Below are positions 1-9,499 of a stretch of 15,650 nt of DNA, in pieces (within the stretch, counting starts at the first letter, position 1; every line of letters starts with the position of its first letter). A program made the translations under genes and the position numbers. The stretch is from contig CDMY01000846.1 in assembly GCA_001179505.1 (NCBI GenBank), positions 1 through 15,650 on the forward strand, written 5' to 3'. This DNA is from Vitrella brassicaformis CCMP3155 (taxonomy: Eukaryota > Protista > Chromerida). The notes under the pieces are model-generated. The model did not search any database and was not told the origin of the DNA. It saw nothing but the letters and a program-made list of their open reading frames with translations.

Positions 1-1062
1 GCTCGTTTGTCTGTTGCATTGGTGCGGGCTGCTAGCCTGTGTTTGAGGGGCGGGAGGCAGTCATGGCGTGGTGTTGGGGCGATGGACGGGGCTGGGGTGT
101 TCTCATCGGATGAGTGAGCGTGCCCTTTGTGCATGGGCATATGTGGATAGATTCATGGAGGCGATTTGGACAAGCGAGTGCATGGATGCCATCTGTCAAT
201 TATCTCTTCCCATCTCATCTCACCTCTTATTTAGGCTTGCGGAAACTTTTCAAAAAGTTCCATGAGAAGTGGACGGAGACACTGGGCGCCACGCCAATGG
301 AAAAAACGCTCTAGTGTATCCACTCAAGCGGAGTGCCCGAGTGCTGCTGTATTCCTTGCAGGATCTTTCGCTTCTGATCAGCCCATGTTGCTGTCTCGCT
401 TTGTCTTCCATTCCCTCATCTTTGACTCCTCCATTACCTCCATTGGTGAGCAGAATGAATGAACCCGCATTTATGCTTGGTGCACATTCCTTTGGGCCTT
501 ATGTTGTTTAGCATCACTGTGCTCCGATGTCATCCTCACTGGGCTTCACAACGAGAGCAAATACCTTGCCATTCCTATCTCGGCCTCCTCGGCTTCGAGC
601 AGAAGTAAATATGAGCAGGTATGACTGAATTAGGGCCGTCATCGCTTGAGTCCGTAAGTTCTATACTTGCTACGATGCCTTTCTAGATGCTGCAGTGTGT
701 AATGACATGATATATCCGAGTCTTTTTTTCTTTGTTCCATTTTTCTGATGACAATAGTAGACTGAACTGATGATAGCATTAGTGACCGCTGTTAGTATCC
801 CATTCGGCTTGTCGAGGCAGCTATTGCATTTCTTGCTTAGTTTGAATGACATAGCCAGATGAAAAAGCAGTGTAGCATAAAGAATGTGTCTTCTTCATTA
901 AGATAGTTCTCATGCTCTAATCTATAAAAATGAAAAGCACGACCAGCACCCTCACTTGTAAAAATCGGGTGGACTGGATGGAGATAGCAACCACACACCC
1001 ACTCACAGTCTCCCCGGCGGCTTGCGCACACTCTCATACACGATCATGCTCACTTCATCACC

Positions 1063-2766
1063 TCAGATGTAGCTGGCGATGGTGAGCTGCTTGCCGTCGA
1101 AGCCGTCCTCGCAGTAGTCGGTTAGCGTGAAGCCGTTCCGGAGGAAGTCGGGGCTGTTTTTCAGCTTCTTCTGGTACGCCTTCTTCAGCTCGGTCGCCTT
1201 GTCGTTGTACTGCGTGAGCACGCGCAGCAGCGGACTTTTATCGCCCAGTTTCTTCAGGTCCTCCAGCTCCGAGGTCATCACGAATCGCTTGGGCTCCATG
1301 CCCACGATGGTACCCAGGCCACCGGAAAGGAGGCTGAGGTCTGCGCGGTCCCACTTGCTGCTCTGGATGTTGCGCCAGCGGAGGACGCCCGGGATGGCCA
1401 CCAGGCGGCTGTAGCTGAGCGTGGTGCCGTGCATGATGCCTGTGAGGCACATCAGCTCAATCCATGCAGCCACGCTGAACTTGTCAGTCTTTTCGTCAGT
1501 ATCTCTCTTGAAGTCTCCACAGCTCCGCAGATAAGTCTTCAGCTTCTTCTCGCTCTCCTGAAATTCCTCGCGGTCGACCTCCTGAAGAGCTTTGACGAAC
1601 TGACTCGCAAAGTCCGGAATCAGGGCGGCGTGCTCGAAAAACTCGCCAAGGATGCCGTGCTTGTTCCCCCTCTTGATTGACTTGTGGAGCATGCAGTCGA
1701 GGAACTCGTCAGCGGAGGCGCACTCGCCCCACTTCTCGAGCAGCGCTCCCAGAATGGGCCGCACCTCCTGCGATGAGCCGAACCCGTCGGCGCCCGTGAG
1801 GAACGCGGTGTCCATGCTGTCATCGCTGGGAGGGTCCCTGATCAGCAGCTGGCCGACCTGGATGTACTTGATGGCGACGTTGTCGTCGAACACCTCCGCC
1901 CAGCGGTTCATGTCGCGGAAGCCGCGAGTGGACATGGCCATGGCGGAGGTGAACAGGTAGTGGAGCACGTGGATCATGGCGTGGATGCATGAGGAGTAGA
2001 AGATCAGATTGTACAGGGCGGAGCTCGCGTAGTCCTTGATTTTGGCGATCTCCTTTGGGTCGCGCGTGTCCCCCTTAACTTCCATCATGATCCTTCCCTC
2101 AAGGTCGTCGCAGATCTGGATGGACTTGATCGCCTCCAACCCGTCGGTGAACTTCACATTGACGCGGTGCCCCACGCCGGTGAGAGTCCGCATGAGGCGC
2201 AGGTACAGCGAGGGGCTCGACTCGTTCTCGTCGTACGACTTAAGCTCCCAGCCGTCGTTGTATGTCAGCGCGGAGGCGAAGAATGGATTGTTCTTTAGCA
2301 ACAGCAGCAGCTGCCTCGGGAAGTCGTCGTTCCCGAAGTACTTGTAGTCCTCTGGAAGTTCATCGCCCAGGCTCGCCTTCTGCTTGAAGTACTCCACGGC
2401 AAGATTGAGCGACCCCTCTTTTTTCTTCTTGTGCAGCAGCTGGTCAGAAATCAACCCGACGCCGTCAAGACCGAACAGGCCCAGACCGTAAGTGCCAAAC
2501 AAGTACCCGCCAACCCCCAGAGTCGTGGCGAAGTTCACGTCTGCGATGCGAAGAATCTTCCTCGGCAGGCTCTCCTCCAGCGGAAGGTGGACCCCCTTGA
2601 TGACTTCAGGAAGCGTCTGCGAGATCGGGAATCTCAGCAGTCCGTTGGCCATCTTCTTCGCTGTCTGGGCGTGTCTACCCTCATAGCGAGCAGCGAAGCC
2701 ACGGGGTGGCAGAAAGCCCTTGGTAACTAGAACCAAGTTGAACAGAGAAAGCAGCACCACCTTCAT
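1063..2766 (-). CDS. Divergent lipoxygenase-like non-heme metal dioxygenase, 567 aa, uninterrupted ORF, probably plastid-targeted
   Basis: Clean ATG (2764-2766) to TGA (1063-1065) ORF with GC3-rich codons. Contains a His cluster IHAMIHVLHY (H262/H266/H269), a distal motif LTGIMHGTTLSY (H446) resembling LOX TASAQHAAVNF, and a C-terminal ...QLTIASYI. A terminal Ile is the carboxylate metal ligand of lipoxygenases. The CDS is very likely real; the product call is about 0.6. Confidence 0.8.
   Translation of the reverse strand: MKVVLLSLFNLVLVTKGFLPPRGFAARYEGRHAQTAKKMANGLLRFPISQTLPEVIKGVHLPLEESLPRKILRIADVNFATTLGVGGYLFGTYGLGLFGLDGVGLISDQLLHKKKKEGSLNLAVEYFKQKASLGDELPEDYKYFGNDDFPRQLLLLLKNNPFFASALTYNDGWELKSYDENESSPSLYLRLMRTLTGVGHRVNVKFTDGLEAIKSIQICDDLEGRIMMEVKGDTRDPKEIAKIKDYASSALYNLIFYSSCIHAMIHVLHYLFTSAMAMSTRGFRDMNRWAEVFDDNVAIKYIQVGQLLIRDPPSDDSMDTAFLTGADGFGSSQEVRPILGALLEKWGECASADEFLDCMLHKSIKRGNKHGILGEFFEHAALIPDFASQFVKALQEVDREEFQESEKKLKTYLRSCGDFKRDTDEKTDKFSVAAWIELMCLTGIMHGTTLSYSRLVAIPGVLRWRNIQSSKWDRADLSLLSGGLGTIVGMEPKRFVMTSELEDLKKLGDKSPLLRVLTQYNDKATELKKAYQKKLKNSPDFLRNGFTLTDYCEDGFDGKQLTIASYI
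2617..2766 (-). other. Bipartite targeting leader (signal peptide plus Phe-initiated transit peptide)
   Basis: MK followed by hydrophobic VVLLSLFNLVLV, a plausible cleavage at TKG/F, then the basic, acid-poor stretch FLPPRGFAARYEGRHAQTAKKMANGLLR. Phe at +1 is typical of red-lineage complex-plastid leaders. Confidence 0.6.
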
Positions 2767-2890
2767 CGGGAAGCAATTGGCTGTGCCGAAAACACACGAA
2801 CATACAAGAGTCTGTTACGCGAGGCAATGATCGCTCCAGGTCGCCCTCAAACTATTGGCTGGTCGACTGGGGTCGCTTTTACCACTGGCC

Positions 2891-3500
2891 CTTTTCTCTT
2901 TTCTTTTCAGGTAGATGCATTCCGAGTAAGGGGCACCCACTGCGTGGGCACCTCGAGCCGCGAATTGAGCGGGGGTCGAAAGCAGCGTGCGAAGTGGTGG
3001 TTCAATTATGCGGCACAGAGACGTGCACAGCACGAGTCAAGACACCCCCCATGTTGCCGCTCCTGCTGTGCCCGTGTTGAAGAAGAGGTGCTTCGCCGAG
3101 TATATCAATGCATCGCTGGATGCAATTGGATGTGAACCTGCCGATGACTGTCAATCGGCTTGTCAATCAAATGGGAGCCGTCAGGATCAGCCCAAGGATG
3201 ACCTGCACTAGCAACGCAACAAGCTAAGTGAAATCGGCCACAGCCGCGGCACGTCAGATGAAGCAAACCTCTTGAGTAGCTTCTCTTCGAGTCGAATCTC
3301 TTCACACACGGTGGTCGCTCGATGGATGCTGCCGACCTCACTCGACTGCTGGCGCAGCCGGCGTCCGCATTCAAGCCGCCTGAGACGGTCGACGACAGGA
3401 CCTTCTCTGTTCAGTGGGCGAGCCGTTACCGATTGAACGAAGAGCAGATGCGGGCGTTCCAAATCATCTGCAGCCACTTGCTGAACCACTGCAAAGGCAA
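2891..3500 (+). pseudogene. Decayed Helitron RepHel fragment (segment leading into the PIF1-like helicase), truncated before Walker A
   Basis: A strong acceptor-like tract cttttctcttttcttttcag (2891-2910) is followed by frameshifted pieces GHPLRGHL..VVVQLCG..MLPLLLCP, FAEY and WASRYRLNEEQMRAFQIICSHLL (3322-3579 frame). These resemble the Helitron series HP..H / VP.L.G / ML.L..PW / LN.EQ.RAF.I..H in order and approximate spacing. No GTGKS follows. Confidence 0.55.
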
Positions 3501-3763
3501 CCAAAGACAAACTCTTAAACCACACAATCAGGCAAACCGATACGAACGAAGCGAAAAGCACAAGTGCAATCGAAAATAAGGACACACAAGTACACACAAG
3601 CAGTCCAAGGCAATCAAACAAGCCGAGGCAAAACTCACAGACACAACACAAGCGGACGAGCACGCTGACATATACGCACACAGACAAGCACCAAATACAC
3701 ACATTGCTGCGCAGGAGACACGCAGCAAAGTGAATACGGCAAGCATCAATCTGCCAGCTCACA

Positions 3764-3844
3764 GCCCCGAAGCGAGGCCGGTGTGGGGCCTATAAGGCCC
3801 GTGACTTATGAAGTCTTCTGGGAAAGCGCTGGCCCTTCGGGGCC
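3764..3844 (-). other. Three GC-rich stem-loops in the 3' UTR of the CRE-like element
   Basis: On the minus strand: GGCCC-CGAA-GGGCC (3844-3831), GGGCCT-TAT-AGGCCC (3800-3786) and GCCTC-GCTTC-GGGGC (3778-3764, one G:U pair). The first begins about 10 nt after the stop codon. Confidence 0.55.
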
Positions 3845-3854
3845 CTCTGGCTGC

Positions 3855-4475
3855 TCACTGCGCGCGGCTAGACACCTGGAAAGCGTTGTACTCCATCAGC
3901 TCGACCGACAAGAGCTGGCTCCAATACTTGATCATGCTCTCACGCAAGACTCCATCGTCAGTGGCGGGAATTGTGGCTGAACGGGGTCTCCACTTGGCGA
4001 GCATCTGAGGAAATCCATCGTTTTCTCTCCCCACCGGCCGAATGTCCCGCAGCGAGGGGGACGAACCGAAAGCCGGCTGCGCGGGCGGTAGGGCCATATT
4101 TGTCGATCTTGTCCTTCTCCGCGAGAGCTGCTGCCTTACCGTGCCGGTTCACCGTCCGGTGGAACGGGATGCGCAGAGTCGTCGGGTCGGCAGGGGTGGG
4201 TGATGGTGACATCGAGTAGATAGTCATGGCCGTCGATCACACAGTAGATGTCCATGCGCTGGCTGTTGGGATTGTCGTCGGGTGGGGTAATGCCGAGGCT
4301 GTGCAGGGACGCCTCGATGTTAGAGGGGACATCTGCCTCCGCCAGGATGCGGACGACCAGGTTGCGCATATTATTGCGTCTCAAGTTCCGCTCACATCTG
4401 GTGTTGGAGAGGAGGTAGTGATCACCATATTGGTCGACCTCACCGCCGCAGATGCATCGCTGCGAGACAGTTATC
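3855..4475 (-). pseudogene. 3' end of a CRE-like (RLE-clade) non-LTR retrotransposon ORF: degenerate zinc knuckle plus restriction-like endonuclease
   Basis: Reconstructed across frameshifts near 4185, 4045 and 4005: RCICGGEVDQYGDHYLL..R(R)NNMRNLVVRILAEA..E..QRMDIYCVIDGHDYLLDVTITHP..AAALAEKDKIDKYG..GFRFVPLAA/TFGRWGEKTMDFL/MLAKW..YWSQLLSVELMEYNAFQVSSRAQ*. These are the C.CG..DH, R.D, DVT, E..K..KY and F.PLA.ETFG.WG motifs of RLE elements. No RT is present. Confidence 0.85.
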
Positions 4476-4521
4476 TACGGGAGGGCACTGCCGTCACACG
4501 CAGCTTCTGACACCCCCTCTC
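4470..4521 (-). promoter_or_regulatory. Polypurine tract (4521-4513) and start of the 3' LTR (TGTCAGAAG... at 4512)
   Basis: The minus strand reads gagaggggg|TGTCAGAAGCTGCG about 70 nt after the RNase H stop. A second purine tract, ggagagagggggaga, lies just upstream (about 4558-4572). Confidence 0.65.
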
Positions 4522-4583
4522 GCACTGTGCTGTCCTTCTGCGTCGCATTGCAGCGATCTCCCCCTCTCTCCAGGTATCCGCAT

Positions 4584-5132
4584 TCAGCAGACAGAACCAT
4601 AACGCAGAAAGCAGCACAGGGCGCATTCAGCGGCGTGTGAGTCTGTGTTTGCGCTGTTTGACCGATCAGGCGCCATCAGCACCTTGTCGTGTGGCTCGTC
4701 AGGCACCATCGGTGACCCTTCGTCGTCGAACACAGGATTGTTGAGGAGCTTCATCCTCAGATGAGCGTGCTGCGCCTCATCGGGGCCCTTCGTGAAGATG
4801 TCAGCAGTGTTCTCGCTCGAAGCACTCCAGTGGACGCAGAGCTGTCCCTTCAGGACCAGGTCACGCACAAAGTGATATCGCACCAGTATTTGACGTGTTC
4901 TCTGCTTGACTTCCTCGCTGTAGGAGACCGACCCAGCGCCTCTGTTGTCTGTGATGAGCTTCGCTCGCTGCACAGGTAGGCGAAAGAAGTCAGCTAGTTG
5001 CCTGACAAACACCAGATCTCTGGCGCACTCATTCAGAGCGATGTACTCTGCTTCACAGGTACTCAGAGCAACCAGGGTCTGATTGCGGCTCCTCCACGAC
5101 ACAAGGTTTCCACCCAAGTAGAGGGCAAAGCC
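4584..5132 (-). pseudogene. pol: Copia RNase H domain
   Basis: GFALYLGGNLVSWRSRNQTLVALSTCEAEYIAL..ITDNRGA..RTRQILVRYHFVRDLV..ENTADIFTKG. The N-terminal DADW motif falls in the gap. Confidence 0.92.
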
Positions 5133-5432
5133 NNNNNNNNNNNNNNNNNNNNNNNNNNNNNNNNNNNNNNNNNNNNNNNNNNNNNNNNNNNNNNNNNNNN
5201 NNNNNNNNNNNNNNNNNNNNNNNNNNNNNNNNNNNNNNNNNNNNNNNNNNNNNNNNNNNNNNNNNNNNNNNNNNNNNNNNNNNNNNNNNNNNNNNNNNNN
5301 NNNNNNNNNNNNNNNNNNNNNNNNNNNNNNNNNNNNNNNNNNNNNNNNNNNNNNNNNNNNNNNNNNNNNNNNNNNNNNNNNNNNNNNNNNNNNNNNNNNN
5401 NNNNNNNNNNNNNNNNNNNNNNNNNNNNNNNN
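5133..5432. other. Assembly or masking gap, exactly 300 N
   Basis: N run between RT and RNase H; the flanking reading frames differ. Confidence 0.99.
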
Positions 5433-6366
5433 GGCCTCGTCGTCACAGCCAGGTACAGCAGTGTTCCCACCGCCTGCCGATACACGGCTTGCATGGAAGC
5501 GCTCCATTCTTTCTCCTCAGGTGTGCTGGGGCAGTGGTCTTTGCTGAGCTTCACTCCGCTCGCCACTGGTGTCGATGCGGGGTTGCAATGCTCCCATCGG
5601 AAGCGCTTGAGGATCTTCTCGATGTACGCCCGCTGCGAGAGCTTCATCTCGCCGGTGAGCGGATCACGCTCAATCTTGATGCCCACAAACACATCTGCCT
5701 TTCCCAGGTCCTTGATACCGTACTCGCGGTTGAGGAGTTCACGGAACCAATCGGCGTCCGCGTCGCGGCCTGACATGGGGGCGTAGAGGATGTTATCCAC
5801 TACAAAGACCACCCAGAGGTCAGTTGGTCGATGAATGAAGATGCACGGGTCACAGAGGCACTGTTCGAACCCATGGTCCTTCAGGAACTTGACGAGCGTC
5901 GTATTCCCTGCGCGAGGGGCTTCTTTCAAGCCATACAGGGCCCTTTTCAAGCGCCAGACCTTTCCAGGTACCTCAAATCCTTAGGACATCTGACAAACAT
6001 AGGGTACGGCAAGGGAGAATTGAGGAAGGCGACGTCCACATCGGTCTGATAGATGGTTCGTCCCGTCATGGTACAGAGACAGAGAAAGACACGAATGGCA
6101 ATGCCAGAGAGAGTGGGAGCGAATGTCTGCCCGACGTCCATCAGACTCTGTGCGTTCCCGCACACCACTATCCGTGCTTTCTTTCCGTCAGGTTTCTGTG
6201 TGATCATGATTTTGCACGGCAAGATCTTCGACGTGGCTTCACTAACATAGACAAGATCCCTGACATCCTTCCGGACGATCGAATCGTGCTCTTTGTGGAT
6301 GGCTTCCCACCATTCCTTCTGTTCCTCGGTGCTGAGCTTCTTCAAATCGCTCATACTCTGCGGCAC
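5433..6366 (-). pseudogene. pol: Copia reverse transcriptase (frameshifted, catalytic motif mutated)
   Basis: VPQS..EWWEAIHKEHDSI..KKARIVVCGNAQ..QTFAP..QTDVDVAFLNSPL / VWRLKRALYGLKEAPR..DPCIF..FVVDNILY (the YVDD position reads VVDN)..YRQAVGTLLYLAVTTR. Frameshift near 5965. Confidence 0.92.
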
Positions 6367-7284
6367 GAGGTTAGAGAGCAGGGCAGCAATGCCATCATCG
6401 ATGGTCATATCACCGTTCACGATGAGTGCAGCGATACACGCGTGCATTGCCCTTGTGTGTGTGTTTGCGTCGCCCCTCAACAGCTTCACTATGGAGTCAG
6501 TGTCCTCCTCGAAGACATCATCCGACGCACACGTCAACGCAGACAACAAAGCCAGGTCAGCAGCAGGTGCTCGTTGAGCAGGCTGCTTCTTGCTCAACAC
6601 AGTCACACTTGACAGGTCACATCGTCGTGTGTGTGTTTTGGTTGTGCAGGTTTCACCCGAACCAGTCTGATTGGATGTTGATTCGCTTTGTAGGGTCATG
6701 GCGACGGCGATGGGCCACATGTTCTTGTATTTCCCTTCAGGAAACTTGGTTACACGCGTGCTGCGACGCGTTGCCGTCTGTTGTGGTTGTTGTGGTGGCC
6801 CGATGCCCCAGTTGGCCCACTGGTCGACCGTGTCGTCCTGCTGCTCCATCGGTGCAGCATCCCTCTCACTCGAGAGATCCTCCTCGACAGGTTCGCCAGG
6901 CATGACAGAAGCATGATGAGATTGATCATTCAGATCACTCTGGTTGTGTTGTTGTGTGTGAGTGGCATCAGGTGATGGTTGCGCGCCTTCCTGCGCATCT
7001 GGTGGCTCCGCACCGGACCGGCCAGCTGGTTCCACAGCCCCTGATCGATCGACCTGCTGCGCACCCATCGGCTGAGCGGCTTGGTCGTGTGGTGGTCCAT
7101 CTGCCTTTGCCGTCTTTTGTGGCTGTGTCGGTTCACGACCAGCATGTGGCGGGCTAACCGCTTTCAGTAATTGCATGGGTAGGTGCACCCTCGCATCGCC
7201 AGGGAGACCCTGCACCACCCCCTCTCGAATCGACAGGAAATCATGATTGACAGGTACGACATTGAACACGTCTTGCATCCACGC

Positions 7285-8140
7285 CGACACATTCCGCGTC
7301 GTGTGTATGTGTGTGTCGCCAGGTAGGTACACACGATAGCCGTCCTTCATCGAAGGATCATAGCCAAGGAAGATGCCCAGCTGGGTTTTGCCTTCGAATC
7401 GATCGTTCCGATCTCGCTTCGGCTTGTGAATCATCACCGCAGCCAAAGGTACGCAGGTGGCGAAGATTGGGTTTCCACCCTTTCCACATTTCATATGGAG
7501 TCTTCTTGCCTGGATTTGCAGATGAGGGGCACAAGTTGCGCAGATAGGCGGGTGTTTGAACGGCCCACGGCCAGAACTCAGACGGCAGGTTGGCGTGTGT
7601 CAGCATCCGCCCTCTCGCACAACGTGCGGCCCATCCGTTCGACGACACCATTCTGCTCGTGCTCGTAAGGGACGGAGAACTCCATCATGATGCCGTACTG
7701 AGCGCACGCCTCTATCAGTAAGAACTTCAACTCACTCGCATTGTCACTGCGTAGCCGTTCAGGCTTCCCTCGATGTGCGATGAAGCGACGAAGGGCTTCT
7801 TGCATGTTCTTGCCAGCTTTTCCTTTCAGGAAGAAGGCAGTCACCCATCGGGTGTAATCGTCGACGAACGTGGTGGAGTAAGTGAATCGGTCGATGAAGC
7901 TCGGGACACACGGGCCCACAACATCACAATGCACGAGTTCCCAATTGTGTGTTGCTCTGGTGCCCTTTGCAGTGTGTGGTTGCTCATGGGACTTTCCCAT
8001 CACACATGGCTCGCATAGGCGACGCATCGGCCCGCTTCTCGGCGGAGGAGTGATCGGAGGAAGGCCTTCCGCCAGCCCGTTCTTGAGCAGCATGATGTTA
8101 TCCTGGGGTTCATGCCCGAGAATGGAATGAATATGCCAGC
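7285..8140 (-). pseudogene. pol: Copia integrase (HHCC zinc finger, DDE core, C-terminal GKGY-like region)
   Basis: HSILGH..CEPCVMGK..ELVHCDVVGP..TFVDDYTRW..LRSDNASE..QNGVVERMGRTL / MLTHANLPSEFWPWAV..TPYEMWKGWKPNLRHLRTFGC / GIFLGYDPSMKDGYRVY. Two frameshifts. Confidence 0.92.
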
Positions 8141-8989
8141 AAGCTGCGTGTTGCGACGGGATCGGTTGGACGGGAAGCATCACATTTCCATGTATGCGTT
8201 TCAGAGTCCCGGGGCGCGCCCGTATCACAGGAGCTGGGGACACGCTGAGAGAGTTTCTCGGGTCTTTAGTTCCGTGTGCCGCGGATCTAGGCGCAGACTC
8301 ATCTTGATTCGGAGGACCATCAGCTGCGTGATGGAGAGGATGACCGATCAGGCCAGGGCCTCCGGCACATGCTGCGAGTTGAGCTGACGGAACGCCCGAC
8401 AGCGAGGGAGACATTGGCTGGGCACCCATCTGCATGGGGATGAGCCCAAGTGTTGGTGTCTCTGTCGTAAAGTAGCGACCACATGCATCGCAGTGGTGCC
8501 GTCTGTGTGGTGACCATAGGTCGATGGACTTTCCGCCCTGTGTCTTGTGAATGTATCGATTTGTCGGTTCGATGTGCACCGCATCGCAGTGTGTACATTG
8601 CAGCACGCCATCAGCCTGCAGATCACACATCGAATTACTCATCGTGTCTACGCACGTGTTCTGAGTGCATGAACCAGACAAACAGACAATCCCCTCACAC
8701 GCACTTGCCCTGTTGACGGTTGAGTGGTTAGCCAGGAACGCCCCGACATCGCACCCAGCCATCTGCACAGCAGCAGGACGGAACGCTTGTCTCGCTGATG
8801 CACAGCCATCACAAACATGCAGGTCAGGGGATGCTTCACATGCCCCACTCGAAACACACACGGGTCTAATTGGTCTATGTAGCTGCTTCACAGCCTCTGT
8901 GCAGTCAAATCACTAGACAAATCACGAGACAGCATCGCCGCCTTTGCACGCATCGCGTGCGGTGTCTCGTCAGTGTCGCATTCAGCGAA

Positions 8990-9400
8990 GTCCAGCACAT
9001 AGAAATCACTCTCGCGCTTGAATGGGATGATCATCCCTGTCTTGGTGTGGGTGATGTGATAGTCATCAACATCGAACACCACTCGATAGCCATCGTCCTC
9101 CAACGCACTCACTGAAAGCAGAGTAAACGCCGTATTAGGCACCAGTAGAGCACGGGAGAGTTTCACCGACTCCGCGGCGAGGGAACCACACCTGTCTAGG
9201 TGGGTAGTACACGACATTCCTGTAGTGTACCGTGCGACGTCGTGGCGACACCGAACGGGAACGGCCACTTCCCCCACCGCTGTCACGGAGATGCTCGTCC
9301 CGTCTGCGACGGTCAGAGTGCGACCCACGAGTTTCTCCAGCCTGATGAAGTAATGAGAAGAGGGAAAGACATGCCAACTGCAGTCCGAATCAACCAGTGC
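8990..9400 (-). pseudogene. pol: Copia aspartic protease and downstream beta-barrel region
   Basis: ALVDSDCSWHVF (the DSG position reads DSD, 9383-9391)..LTVADGTSISVTAVGEV..LSRALLVPNTAFTLLSVSALEDDGYRVVF..FYVLD. Confidence 0.85.
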
Positions 9401-9499
9401 TCTGGATTTCACAGATAACACAGCAGACGTGAAGCATGCAATGTGTGTTGTACACTGGACAACTGAGGGAACCCCCTCCTCAGCTGCGAGTCGATGGGA

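Noticed and set aside
235-314. Possible terminal exon (LRKLFKKFHEKWTETLGATPMEKTL*) after acceptor-like ctcttatttag
   Set aside because: Too short, with no recognisable motif or upstream exon in view.
768-830. CTGATGA as a hammerhead ribozyme core
   Set aside because: No suitably placed GAAA or supporting stems.
3208-3762. 184-aa hydrophobic, Cys/Val-rich ORF resembling a membrane or env protein
   Set aside because: Artefact of translating a GT-rich tract; the rest is antisense to the Helitron fragment.
3831-3871. Hairpin plus CTAG as a Helitron 3' terminus
   Set aside because: CTAG is about 24 nt from the hairpin and lies inside the CRE-like coding end; the hairpin is better explained as LINE 3' UTR.
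4584-9400. RIP-like or deamination signature in copia catalytic codons (DSG to DSD, DD to DN)
   Set aside because: Too few sites and no ancestral consensus; other lesions are small deletions or non-G-to-A changes.
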